Positions 22,050 through 34,399 of a stretch of 64,000 bases of DNA are shown here, piece after piece. Location of the stretch: positions 2,666,001 through 2,730,000 of the forward strand of contig OZ374558.1 of assembly GCA_977862235.1 (NCBI GenBank). Reading direction: 5' to 3'. Position numbers and translations under genes: made by a program. The number at the start of each line of letters is the position of its first letter. The first letter of the stretch is position 1. Under the pieces are notes generated by a model that saw only the letters and a list, made by a program, of their open reading frames with translations, was not told the DNA's origin and ran no database searches. This DNA comes from Dudresnaya verticillata (lineage: Eukaryota).

Positions 22050-23056
22050 GACAGTAATTGGTCCAATTTTAGTTTCCAAACACGGCAGCGCGCACCACCC
22101 CGCCGTCAACGCACGACGAACGCAATTATGCCAAGTGGCTGAGCAGGTGCTACGAGCCCCAGCGACGACAGGCGCAAAGTTACAGCGCACAACCAACGTC
22201 TCCGACGTCGAGACGTGCCTCGCCCCACGGCCAAGTCCCTGGGACCGCCACCCTGCCGACCACGGTCTCGAGCGCAAGACCCATCGAACGTCTCCGACGT
22301 AACTCTCCGAGAGGGAGCGCACCGACAAACCCACCCCAGAAGGGAGGGGGGAGGTGGTCGAAGACGCAGTTGCTGCGGGTTCCGTGCACGACGCGCCAAA
22401 AAATCGCCAACGACTCCGCCGCTGCCCGCGGCCGCCGCGTCGCAGTCGCGCGAGCGCGACCGACAACTCTACCCTAACCACAAGGAGGAACGTCGAAGAC
22501 GAAAGAGGCGGCAGCGCCGAGGCGTCAAAACCTACCTCACCGCCTTCGCGACCGTCGTCGAGGACGCCGACAAACCACGCCCAAGGCGCAGTGACCCGAC
22601 AAACCACGCCCAAGGCGCAGTGCGACACATGAATTACAAAAAACGCCAAGTAAGCGGAAATAGGCCAACGCCGCGCGTGAAACACGAAGAACAACGCTAC
22701 TACAGCGGACCCTACTGGGCAAACAAAACCAAGTGCCAACGCACGGCTAAGGCCAATGGCACCAAACGCCAACGCTACTACTGTAGCGGGCAACCAAGAA
22801 CACGACGCAAAGTCGAAAGTGGATCACAAGTCACACCCTAAGGCCAACGCGAAACGCGACGCACAAAGACGCTGACAATGGCCGAAGTTTACTAGGCTAA
22901 AAACAAATGGGGACAACCCCACGCCCTAGCAATCGACCACTACAGCTACATTAATCGTCAAAGACGAAGGGGAATACCCCGCTCGTCGGTCCCGCAAAGG
23001 AGCCGAAGGGCAACACAATACGCACCTCGCGACCGCTATCCGTTCCTGAAACGACA

Positions 23057-25360
23057 TCAAGACTCTTTCGTCGCAGACGAATCGGGTGGTACACCCTCAG
23101 CGCCTTCGGCGGACTCACACAACGCCTCTTCGTAGAGGTCGTCCTCCGTCCTCGACGGTACACTCACGGCAGGAGCCGGGGCGGACCGCAAAGGCCTTGC
23201 CACCGCAACTGCCGGAGTGACTATAACAGGCGCTGCAGGCGAAATGGGCGACTCATCAATCGCCTTCGGCGTCGTCGCGACAATATCCGCCAAAGGCGAT
23301 GAAGCAATAACACTCGCCACGGGCGCAGAGCTCAAGCCATCGTTCGTCTTAGGCGCGGGCACAGCCCCATCCGCTTTAAGCGTAGTCAACGACTCGTCGA
23401 CCGCCTTTGGCGCCAGTTCAGAAACCGCCTTCATTGGCGTCGCCTCTTCACTCGCCTTCGGCGCTGTTATTCCGACACTCGTCAAGGACTCAGGAGCGCC
23501 TAGCTCCTTCGGAGCCGTCAACGACGCTATAGCGGCATTCGTTTCGCTCGCCACATGCGGTACAGTCATACTCACGTCTTTAGACGCCGGACCATTCGCC
23601 TTAGGCGACGAAGGCTTCTCTGCCACACCGTCCTTCGACGCAGAACCTACGACACTAGTCGAATTCGGTGCGGGTCCACCCTGAGGTGGAACTGCAGCCG
23701 ACAAAGCTTGGCTCATCCACTCAGTGGGTGAGCCGCTCAGACCACTAGTAGCGACGCCTGCCGCCTGCAATAACGCAAGCACGGAGCGGCGCTGCTCTTC
23801 GGTCCAAACCGGCACCGGAGCTGGACCCCCAGAGCCGTCTGCGACCTTTGATGCTTCGCCTTGAGGCGTCACGGTCGGCGGAGCCGACTCCAATATTGGC
23901 GTCGCCATAACGGCATCGCCATCATCGTCAGCGACGGGAGCCGCAAGGTCCAGAGGAGCAACAGCTGGCAGGCCAGCTGGCACTCCACCGCCACCGACAG
24001 CGCCTCCGGGCAAAGCCGAAGACGCGGGCGCAGGCTCGGCAGTCGACTCAACCGCCATAGGCGTAGCGATATCCGTCCCAGACGGGTTCTCCGGTCCGCC
24101 ATCGGCGTTAAACGCATCCTCCTCGGCCATTAAGGCACTCAAATGCGGAGGAAAATCACCGACGAAGTCGCAGCTCTTACACAAACCACGCGGGTGATTA
24201 CCCGGGGTGAAGCGGTCCGTTTTGCGATGGCGCTCCGCAACGTTCTTCGTCGTACGACGCTTAGTCCATGGATTATAATGGATCCAATCGCCACAGGCGG
24301 AGTGAGTCCGACTCATCGCGAATCGCGGACGGTTCGCCTTACGGCGGTTGTTCGCATACGGCACAATTGCCGGGTCGTTCCAATCGATCTCATCCGCTAC
24401 AGCGCGTAGGTTCCAGAACTCCTCGGCGTTCCGGGACCCGCCAAATATTTCGACCAAGTCGAGGCTGCCAAGCTGAGCCACCACACGCGGGGGCAAGTGG
24501 TACATACGGAAGATGTCATACACTTCCCATAACCACGCATACGCCACATTGGCGACCCACTCCGTGTAAAACACGATCCAATACCTGGAATAGGGGTCGG
24601 TCATCAGCTTGGAACCAAGATACGTGACACACGGAGGAAGCTCTACGGAGAAACCCTCGCATATCTCAAACGCTCGCCATACAGGCGGTACCTTCACGAA
24701 ACAGAACGGTAACTTACTACGCTCAATGCGATCGACCTGCATGTCCTGGTAAGGTACGAATACGCCCTTTCGGCGACGCGTCTCGCACTCCCACCGGATA
24801 CAACACTCCCAAAAGAACGTACCCGTACGATGCAAGTAACGAAAATCCGCTTTCAAGCGTACGCCTAACAGGTAGGCCTCTCCCAACACGCGAGGTTCAA
24901 TCGACACGCTCACGTGTTTGAGCGATAACGTCCCAAAACGAGCACCATATTCGGCTTCGCCGGCTGTGCGGTACTGTCCCGCATCATAATTGAACAAGGG
25001 CGGCGTTAACGTCGACCCCGGATAACGCGTGAAGCGACGATACACGTCTGAGACGAACTGAGCGTGGACGTCCGCACGCGACTGTCCCGCTCGCACCCAA
25101 AGCCATTCCGCAGGAACGGCGCAGCGTAACTTCCATTCCAACGTCCAGACGACGCCGAGGGGCAGGCCCCCCGGCAAGAAACCGCTAGTAGCGTAATGGG
25201 CAACCAATTCTTCCTCGCGCAGGGCCTCCTGGTCAAACCAGGGGGCCCGCGCGAAGAAATGCGCGTGATCGCCAGGCTTCTTTCTGACGAAGTCGACCGG
25301 CGAAGCGTACACCGGCGCAGCCGAGGGCGCCGCCACCTGCTTGCCATTGAACATCGGCAT
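23057..25360 (-). CDS. Intact antisense accessory ORF of the Gypsy element (767 aa; Trp/aromatic-rich N-domain + Ala/Pro/Ser-rich tail)
   Basis: Long ATG-started ORF between integrase and PPT, opposite to gag-pol; near-identical copy at 54066-56372 and diverged homolog at 26813-29969. Confidence 0.9.
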   Translation of the reverse strand: MPMFNGKQVAAPSAAPVYASPVDFVRKKPGDHAHFFARAPWFDQEALREEELVAHYATSGFLPGGLPLGVVWTLEWKLRCAVPAEWLWVRAGQSRADVHAQFVSDVYRRFTRYPGSTLTPPLFNYDAGQYRTAGEAEYGARFGTLSLKHVSVSIEPRVLGEAYLLGVRLKADFRYLHRTGTFFWECCIRWECETRRRKGVFVPYQDMQVDRIERSKLPFCFVKVPPVWRAFEICEGFSVELPPCVTYLGSKLMTDPYSRYWIVFYTEWVANVAYAWLWEVYDIFRMYHLPPRVVAQLGSLDLVEIFGGSRNAEEFWNLRAVADEIDWNDPAIVPYANNRRKANRPRFAMSRTHSACGDWIHYNPWTKRRTTKNVAERHRKTDRFTPGNHPRGLCKSCDFVGDFPPHLSALMAEEDAFNADGGPENPSGTDIATPMAVESTAEPAPASSALPGGAVGGGGVPAGLPAVAPLDLAAPVADDDGDAVMATPILESAPPTVTPQGEASKVADGSGGPAPVPVWTEEQRRSVLALLQAAGVATSGLSGSPTEWMSQALSAAVPPQGGPAPNSTSVVGSASKDGVAEKPSSPKANGPASKDVSMTVPHVASETNAAIASLTAPKELGAPESLTSVGITAPKASEEATPMKAVSELAPKAVDESLTTLKADGAVPAPKTNDGLSSAPVASVIASSPLADIVATTPKAIDESPISPAAPVIVTPAVAVARPLRSAPAPAVSVPSRTEDDLYEEALCESAEGAEGVPPDSSATKES

Positions 25361-25857
25361 GACGTCAACGACGAGAATATGTTAACGCCAAAGGGCGATG
25401 CTTGTACAAACGTCAAAGACGACTCGTGTTCTGCGCCACTGGCGAAAGCTTCAAGAAGCGTGCGTCGAAGACGATTACTGTTGTAACGCCTTAGGCGAGG
25501 AAAAGAAACCCACGTCAACGACGTTCAGCTGCTGCGCCACTGGCGATACCGAAGACAAACGACGTCGATGACGATTAAGTTGCGACGCCCCAGGCGAGGG
25601 ATATGTGATAGACGTCAACGACGGAGCTCGTTATGCGCCACAGGCGGTGATGTTGGGGCAGCGTCAACGCAGCCGCACGAGTACGCAAACGCAACAAGAG
25701 CGGATTTCTTACGGCACAGCCGAGGTCGCAGTCGCACGCGGGCGCACCAACACAATACGCGAAGGCGCGGGGACTCGCCCGCAAGGCGCGGAAGTTGGCA
25801 GGGACGCAACGGAAGAGCGCACGGCAGCACATTGAGGGTCGGGCGTGTTCGCGTTTT

Positions 25858-25866
25858 GGAGGGGGG
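25858..25866 (+). promoter_or_regulatory. Polypurine tract
   Basis: ggagggggg 3 nt before the 3' LTR. Confidence 0.7.
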
Positions 25867-25869
25867 TCG

Positions 25870-26771
25870 TGTGGTGCAAGGGGAGGTGAGGCCTTTTTCG
25901 CTGAAAGCGGGCAGACCAAATACGTCGACCGACGGAGAAACCGCCACCGGCGCTCACCACCGCCGTTGGCGCGCGAACACGTCATCGACGGCTCACTGGG
26001 GCGCGCGCGCACACTGCGCGCCGCGCACCACGCGGGCACTGTACGGTGATGGGCCGACGTGGCGCCCCGGGGCACTGTGATACGGATCCAGATGGGATCC
26101 GGATCCGGTATCCAGATTGGCTATCTGGATCGCCTGAGCTGTAAAGTACGCGCCTGTAAGGCTGCGGGTGTTCGCATTGCTGGCCCGATCCGGATGGGAT
26201 CGGGATCGGACAAGTATCGGATTAGATCCAAGGCGCACGCTCTACAGTATGCGCGCGCGCACGGCTGTAAGGCACACGCGTCCACGTGTGCGTGTAAGCA
26301 CCCACGTAGGGGGTTGTACGGCAACCTGTCAGGCGCGCAGCTGCATGCGATGGGTGATCTGTCAGACGCGCCTCGGGACGACACGTGTCCCGAGTTCCCG
26401 CGCTACGCATACGCACCGCCGCCGCCGCACCGCCGTACTATACTTAGGTAAGCCGTCCCAGACGTAACAGTAAACGCCCGGGCAAGCCGGCCTTGGTCCA
26501 GACTTTCCCGTTCCGCACGCGCGTATCCTACCGCTGCCTACGGCTCAAGCGTCTACCTCCCGTGCTTCCACGTCTACCATCGTCCTTGACGTGTTCCCTT
26601 TCTGTTTCCTTTTCCCTTCTTTTCCGTCTCGGGCGTTTACAGTCGGTCCAAGGCGTGTCCTTTGCTCTACCAACAATTCGCCCAAGGCGAGGCTACTCAC
26701 CGCCAAGGGCGCAGCTACCCACTGAGCCCCGAACTGCTCGGCGGTCTATCGTCTCAGACTTCTGCACCACA
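25870..26771 (+). repeat. 3' LTR, family A copy 1
   Basis: Direct repeat of 15890-16791. Confidence 0.97.
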
Positions 26772-26812
26772 CGCGGGCCAGTAAGAAGCTCCACGCTACC
26801 TCAAACCCTTGG

Positions 26813-29800
26813 ATGCCGATATCGCGAACCCATAGCGGTGAGGCCCCGGCTCCAACTGGATACTGGCCAGGGCACCACTTCGATCGCAGTGCAGGGTGCC
26901 CAACGAGATCCGATCCGGAACGGGCAGATGTGACACCACTGATGACTGTGTCTTACTTCATCGAGGGTTACCCGACCGTTCTGGAAGCACGACGATATCA
27001 AGCCGTATTGGAGCAGAAATGCAAGGCAAACCAGCGTATTGGCTTCGTTCCGAATCGGCGGGCGTTCGTGTAGCAAAGCCGATGGGTGCATAGCTACTGC
27101 CAAGCGGGCACCACGAACGTTTCGTATTTGTTGTGGTATCGATGCCATGGAGAACTTGGGTACACCGCGAAGGTGAGTCGCTTGTTGGACAAAGCTTTCC
27201 GTCTACGGGGTGCGCCGATCGGGGTGCAGTTCATCTGCTTCGACCCGCCATATGACCAATCGGTGTATTGGTTCCGCTATGCCGATGGGTGGAAGGACGA
27301 CGCAGGAACAGAACACCGACTGCGGACGCGATCCCGTGACGGAATGCAGGTGGGCTCACCCATCCTACACACGTGGAACAACAACGTGTTCTTTCATCTT
27401 CCGTATCGAATGCGACGTGAGCTATACCTCACAGCTCCGTCATGGTGGGGTGGCTATGAGGTAACTCGTTGGCTGTCCGTCCCGACACCTTCCGTTGTGG
27501 CTTACTTCTCGGCGGACCTACTCACCGAACGGGAGTGGAATCGCGCGCATCCGAACGGAGAACGTCCCCCGAATCAAGATCAGCTCGACGTATTATGGCG
27601 TATCTTCCGATCGGAATGGGCAGTGCTGGAGCTATTCTCATGGCTCCAGGTTTCCTATTACGGAGTACGGTATAATACCAAGTTGTCCGACTGGCGATGC
27701 TTCCCGCCTCATGAAGATGATCTACCCGGCGGAGACTGTGGCCGCATATTTCAGCTACCCGTCACGGTGATCAACCTCATTCGCCAAGTCGGCATAGCTG
27801 ATTTGGTGATGGGGTCGGCGTACCCCCTACATAGGGTGGGGCGCCTTTTATCCGTACACGGAGAGAAAGATTGGAAACGCACCCTGGGCTTCTTGAGGTA
27901 TAATTAGGATGAGGATCGTGTTCTATCGGTACCCCTACTTAGGCCCGGGGTGGTTGAGCCGTATTTTCTTCATTGGGAAGACCCTCGTCCGGAATGGTTG
28001 GTAGGAGAGGTGCAAGCATATCGGGGTTATGCGCCCCGTCAAGCACCAGGGGACGCATACCGTGACGGTTTGGAGGCGGCCGAAGATTGGGGGAGTTGTC
28101 AAGAGAATATAGGGTATTCGCGTCCAATCGACCCGCGCAATTCCGTCACGGCGAGGCAGCAAGAAGCTGTACCCTTCTTGGATGAACAGGAGGAGATCAT
28201 GCCCGTCGCACTGATGACAGCGGAGAGCGAGAAGGTGGTCACTCCAGTCTGTCCAGGAGCCTTCGTACCCCTGCCACCCGATGTGGGTCGCAAGACTACT
28301 ATCCCCGTAACGGACAAGGCTCCGGCGCCCATGGAAGTGGTTCCTCCTACTGTGTCGGTGCCCAAGTCCACGTCGCCATCTAAGGGACTGGCTCCGAATG
28401 AGCGAACCGTTTCGAAAGCGGCACCAAGTGCTGGGCCGGCGGCACCGTCTCCTGCGACGCAAATTCAGTCCAGCGTGGAGCCGTCCCCCGCAAGTTCTTC
28501 TGTGCCGGCACTCACTCCCACACCAGTGATGAGTGAGGCACTGGTTACCGTAACGGAAGTGGCTCCCAAGCGCCCAAGTGCGGAGCCCGTTGGCAGCAGA
28601 CCTTCGGTGCCTGCGGCGAGTCTCGAACTGTTACGGAAGAGCGCCGTCGCTTCGGCGGAGAATGATACGAAGCTACCTCCTCGGAAGGAAGTAGCCCCAC
28701 TCGAGTCGGAATTATCCGTGCTGGTGGTTTCCTCAACGGAGCGTTCCGTCGAGACCGGGGCTGTCGACAGGTCGTCGTTATCCCCAAAGGTGGAGCTGCA
28801 GGAAGATGAGGATCCAGACGTCACGGTTCCGGCTCACTTAGCCGCTGCGGAGAGTGGGTTGCAGGTACTTAGGGGCATTTGCCGTACGCAGCGATTTACG
28901 GTGCCAGATTCCGTTCAGGATGCTTTAACCTTAACGGAGGGGCTGATGGAGCACGTTATTCGCCTCCGCACAGTGGTTCAGAGCCAGCGCCGGCGTATGG
29001 ATAGTGCGAGGCGCGCCTTAGGGGACAACACGCAGCGTCCATTCCAATCGGATCCGAATGAGGAAACCGGTATGCGCACTAGACAAGAGGGTAACGATGA
29101 AGATACAATCACCCCTGTGGTGCAAAGCGTCTGTTGACGATGGACCGCCGAGCAGTTCGGGGCTCGGTGGGTAGCTGCGCCCTTGGCGAGGGGTGGTCCC
29201 GCCGTGGGCGACTTGGTGGTAGAGCAAAGGAACACGCCTTGGGCGGACTGTAGACGCCCAAGGCGGAAGGTGTGAAGGAAGGGAAAAGGGAAACAGAAAG
29301 GAACAAAAGGAAAACACGTCAAGGACGGGTAGAGACGTGGAAGCACGGGAGGTAGACGCTTAGCCGTAGGCAGCGGTAGGATACGCGCGAGCGGAACGGG
29401 GAAGTCTGGACCAAGGCCGGCTTGTCCGGGGTTTACTCAGTGTCGCAGACGGATTACCTAATATACTACGTGAGCGACGGCGGTAGGCGCGGTGCGCGGG
29501 AACTCAGGACGCGTGTCAGCCGCGCGCGCGGGAGCTCAGGAGTAGCTTACAGGCGCATGCGTGTAGCGTTGCCGGTGATCCGGATTCGGATCCAGATCCC
29601 GGCCAGCATTGCTGGCGCGCGGCCCTTACAGGCGCGCTCCTTACATCACGGTGGATCCGGATGCCGGATCTCGAAGTTCCATCCGGATCCGATCCGGATC
29701 CGGGCCAAGCTTACAGGCGGGCGCCCTGCGCCCGGCCGATCGGGATCGTGCATCCGGATCTGGCCGTACAGTAGGCGCGTGCGCCGCGCCGCGCGGGGTA

Positions 29801-29969
29801 ACGGCGGCCGTATGCCCGTGGGCCAATCGTCGATGACGTGTTCGCGCGCCAACGGCGGTGGACGTTCCGTTGGTGGACGTTGGCATATAATACGCTCAGA
29901 GCGAAAAAGGGGCAGCCCTCCTCTTGCACCACAACCCCCACTCCGAAACGGCGTCGTCCAAGCTCTTAA
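26813..29969 (+). pseudogene. Antisense accessory ORF homolog (~777 codons), two in-frame stops, interrupted by a solo LTR
   Basis: ORFs 26813, 27086 and 27950 share one frame; motif LPY..APSWWGGYEV..SVPTPSVVAY..LWRIFRSEW..SWL..IFQLP; removing the solo LTR and one TSD gives the ending ITPTPKRRRPSS*. Confidence 0.8.
29116..29933 (-). mobile_element. Solo LTR related to family A (818 bp)
   Basis: TGTGG...CCACA ends, TSD ACCCC (29111-29115, 29934-29938); R/U5 part similar to family A LTRs, U3 part diverged. Confidence 0.93.
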
Positions 29970-30040
29970 AGTTACGATCCCCTTAACGGATATGAAGATG
30001 CCGTTACCTTAACTCGTAACTCACAATAGATACACTATGC

Positions 30041-33000
30041 TCACTTATCCGCGGGCAATCCCCAGTCCGTTACGGTGAGTGGCGTGTTTGAGGAACACGT
30101 CGCCGTGTCGTTCCCTTTGCGGTAGCCTTCTTCTTTTGTTTCCAATAGCGGTGAATGAAGTTTGCGGTAACTCCTCAGTGGGCTCATCCGTATCCTGGTC
30201 CGGCGGGTAGCCATACCAGCGGACTTTGTACGCCATCCCAGTAGGTCGTCGCGGTGACCGACAACCTTGTCGATCACATATTCCGTACCGGCTTGCAGGG
30301 GTTCCGCTACGGCGGGTGTAATGTCCGCTGACGGTGCAGGCATTACTGTAGTACCTTCTGGATGTGGCAGTACTTCTCCGTAGACGTTTGATGGAGTGAC
30401 AGGCGGCACTGTTAAGGGTGCCGGCTGAACCGCAACTCCAATCGTAACCTTCGTGATGCGATCGATACTTACTGGGATTAATACCCCATCCTTGCGGATA
30501 GTAATCACTTGCTCCGTTGCGGATCCCCCTTCATAGGGCCCCGTGGCTCTCGGAAGGAAATTCTTCGTTTCCTGAGCCACCTCTCACACGGCATCCGGTT
30601 TGCCTTCCAACCGGTCCCGTTCACGGCGGTCTGCAGGCCGCAAATTATGAGGCGGCCGGTCGACATATAATTGATCTCCGCTACGGATAATGGGCCTAAA
30701 GCGCACCTTTCGATCAAACAGTGCCTTGGCCTTTTCCTGATCCACTGTCTGCTTGGTGCGCGCTATCTGGAGCGCATACCGTAAACGGCGCATGGTACTC
30801 CGCTTCTCTAATACCGGGGTCATACGCCCTTCCGTAACGGTTTCTTGATGCTAGAATGGAGCCCCTCGTACAACAATGTCTGATGGTTGGCGTGTGAGCA
30901 CCAACTCAAATGGTGTTGTTTTCGTAATACGGTGTACCTGCATGTTGTACGCATACGTCAACGGTTGCAGGTACAAATCCCAATCGGAGTGATGATCCTC
31001 AACGTAATGGCGCAAACGCCCAGCGATTGTCTTATCAAATAGCTCAGCTTGCCCATTTGTCTGCGGATGGTAGGCAGCGGTGAGTAGAGTAGATGCCTGA
31101 CTCCGAGTAGGGAACACACCGCATCAAAGAACTTAGCAGTAAACTGCGGTCCGTTATCGGTTAGGACAAATTGGGGTGCGCCATACGCGTACACGCAAAA
31201 GTCCAGAAAGGCGTTAGCCACCACAACGGCTGCTGGAGTCCGTAATGGAATACAGCGCGTCAGCTTAGAGAACCGATCGGTTATTACCAAAACGTAGATA
31301 TAACCCAAAGGTACGCTAGCGGGGAAAAGTTTCATAAACCTTTGATTCCGAAAGCGGGTTCCCTTCGTCTTGACGCAGGAACGACATCCCCGAACGGATT
31401 TAAATACAGCGTTGGCCATATGAAGCCAGCAATAATCCTGTCGGAGTGTATAACACATCTTAGTTCCGCCTGGGTGACCCGACATCAGGGTGTAGTGGGA
31501 TAAATACAATACCCGTCCACGGAGTTCGCTTGGCACCACCTTCTGCAGACCGCCATCCAATTGGGACTTGCGTACCGAGAATCCGTTACGATCATAGTCA
31601 AATTGTGATCCAGGGGAGCCTACCGTATCGGCTTTGAGACGAAAGAAAGGGTCTCGGGCTTGCGCTTCGAGGAAATCCTCCCTGGTAATTGTCTCATCCT
31701 TAACGTTGGATTCTTGGATTACAGTAAACCGTGACGGCATTGCGTCGGGCTTGCCAGAGGAGGCGGATGCAATTCCACTGGTGGGCTCCGTGGCACGTAT
31801 TACGTCATTTTCCGTAACGGTTTCTTGTGGAGTGGCCCAATCGGTTAAATAAACTTCATGCTCACATAATCCGTCGACGGTATTTTCGGCGACAAAGCAA
31901 GGGATCTCTTCATCCAAAGGTCTATCGTCACTGCCATCCGTTCGAAGTCGCGACATCCCATTGGCGAGTTGATGCTTAATCCCTGGACGGTATTGCACAT
32001 CAAATTCAAATTACGATAGGCGGAGTCTCTACCTTTCCAGGCGGCCAGACGCGTCTGCGAGGTTCAGAATCCATCGCAGGGCATCGTGATCCGTTCGGAG
32101 AATAAACTTATCACCGTAAAGGTATGACCGGAGCGTTAACATGCTCCAGACTACGGCCAGACATTACTTTTCGGTTGTGGTATAAGGTTTCTCCGCATCG
32201 GTGAGGCCTCGGCTCCACTATCCAACAGGGAGATTATCGCCATTCGGTTGTTCCTGCAAAAGGACACAGCCGACTTGGTGGTCACACGCGTCCGTGTCCA
32301 ACGTATATTTATATCCGTGACGGGGTAGAGCCAATATAGGTGGAGAGATGAGGCGCCTCTTCAACTCTTCGAAGGCCTCATGTTCCGTATCGGATAAAAT
32401 ACCAAACTCAAAGGGTGAGCCCTTGTCGGTTTTCTTGTTCAGCGGCTCTGAAATCCGAGCGAAGTTGGGTACAAAGCGACGATACACAGTGCACATTCCC
32501 AAGAAGGGTCGTAACTCCGTTTGGTTAGTCGGCGGCTTCGCGACCTTAACGGATTAGATATTCCGATTATCCACTTCTAATTTTCCGCGACGGATAACAT
32601 GCCCCAGGTATTGTACTGATGCGTGGAAGAAGTCACCCTTTGACAACTTCAACGTTACCCCAGCGGATTGTAAAGGCACAAGGACTTCCTTCAAATTGTG
32701 GAAATGCTCCGTAACGGAATTAGAGTAGACAATTACATCGTCTAGATAGAAGAGGGAAAATTGCCACTTAACCGTAGAAAGGATTATGTCCACTGCCCGT
32801 TGGAAGGTTGCCGGCGCATTATATATTCTGAATGGCCTTCTCCGAAAACGGTACAAGCCAAAGTGGCTAGTGAAGGTTGTTTTGTCCCTTTCCTCTTCCG
32901 GAATTTCAACCTGCCAATACCCACTATTGCAATCCAGGGTGGTGAATACAGTTACATAACCAAGGGAATCTATGCATTCATCCATCCTGGGCAATGGGTA

Positions 33001-34395
33001 TAGATCCCTAACCGTCACGGAATTAAGCATTCGGTAGTCCACACAGAGCCGCCTGGTGCCGTCTTTTTAAGGAACGAAAACCACGGGGCGGGCCCATTCC
33101 GATGAGGCTGGCTCAATTGCCCTAGCGGATAGCATGCGGTCGATCTTTGTCTTTTCGAGCTCTCGCTGCTTACGTCCGGCACGGTATGGGGCTTGATAGA
33201 CTGGCTTAGCCCCGGGGCTCAACTCGATGCGGTGCTTGGCAGCTGTTATGTTACCAAGTTCGCCACTCCACATCGACTCGAATTCCTCGAGGAGGGCCGA
33301 AATCCGTTTACGGAGCGATGCGTCATATGTACCGATCTGTACTTGATCCTTCCAGTCGGTAGTATTTGTAGTTTCCATTACGGGTTTGCTTAAATCATTG
33401 TCTTGGGGGAGATGCTGCTGTCCTTTTCGGAGGTAGGGCTAGAATTAAATGATTGAATAATTCCTCCCCCTTCTTAAATGGAGGTATACCGTCAACGGTA
33501 AAAATAGCAGAAGGGGCAGCAGTAGCGAGCCCCACGACAGTAGATTTTGGCAATCGTACCGGCTTGTTAGAAACGTTAGAGACCCAGATCCGAAACGTTT
33601 GTTAGGCACAATATCAATAATGCCATTAGCCATCAGCGTAAGGTGTTTGAAAGCCGGCTTAGGATGATTTTGCAAAAAGAATAACCCACCCGTGGGGTGT
33701 GAATTCGGAAAACGCAAGGGGGATGCGCAAGGGTGCCGCCTTCCCCGCCTCACGGCGTTCCACCTCCCGCGATTGTGGAACCGCCTGGGGATAGGCGAGA
33801 TACCGTTACGGAACTCCCATTGGCTTATCAGACCAATGATTCTATCTGCTTTACGCAGCATCAAAAATATAAGATGAAAATTACCGTGGGACGGACAGAT
33901 AGCGTGATGCTTCCTTTAATCTCCCCGTATTGGACTCTGGCGCTGGGCCCAATCTCATAAGCGCCAGGCGCATGCCGCGTCAATGGCTGCCTCTCATCCG
34001 CCCAGCCTACAGCCCTCCATTACGGGATGCTTCTAATCGCGCTATCCGCCGCATTGGCTAGATCCAACTTTTCATCTGTATCGGAGAGCTCCGAGCTCAT
34101 GTCCACTTCTTGGTGGTCGCGAACTTGGCAGCTCCCTGTATTCTTGGGACAGCCTTCATTGATCGCTACGTGAAGGCAATCCTCCCACCGTTACGGAAAA
34201 TTTTGTTCTACCATTACCCACCGGTATCCTTAGTGGGTCCAGCCAAAATTCCGAGGACGGTTACCGCCGCAACCCTACAGCCCTCATATTTACCCACCGC
34301 TACGTTTTTTCAGAACATTCGTTTAGCAAGATCTACCTTTATTCCCCCTATGACTGAAACCTATGGGCTCGCGAAATTCCGTATATTCCACCCCG
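30041..34395 (-). pseudogene. Pol (protease segment inverted, RT, RNase H, integrase, chromodomain), fragmented
   Basis: LDCNSGYWQ, YLDD, DTDACDHQVG, HYTLMSGHPG..CRSC, TDNGPQF, YHPQTNGQAE, EYVIDKVVGH/YKVRWYGY. Confidence 0.92.
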
Positions 34396-34399
34396 TCAT

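Larger units (their letters stand above)
15890..26771 (+). mobile_element. Ty3/Gypsy LTR retrotransposon, family A copy 1 (both LTRs present, internally deleted)
   Basis: Two 902-bp LTRs TGTGG...CCACA, TSD CGCGG (15885-15889 and 26772-26776), PBS, PPT, gag, protease, integrase. Confidence 0.97.

Noticed and set aside
23057..25360. Antisense ORF as an env-like gene
   Set aside because: Wrong orientation, no signal peptide or TM helix
27225..27255. FICFDPPY, resembling the amino-MTase catalytic motif, in the antisense ORF homolog
   Set aside because: Not conserved in the 767-aa homolog (GVRLKADFRYL at the equivalent position) and no SAM-binding motif I
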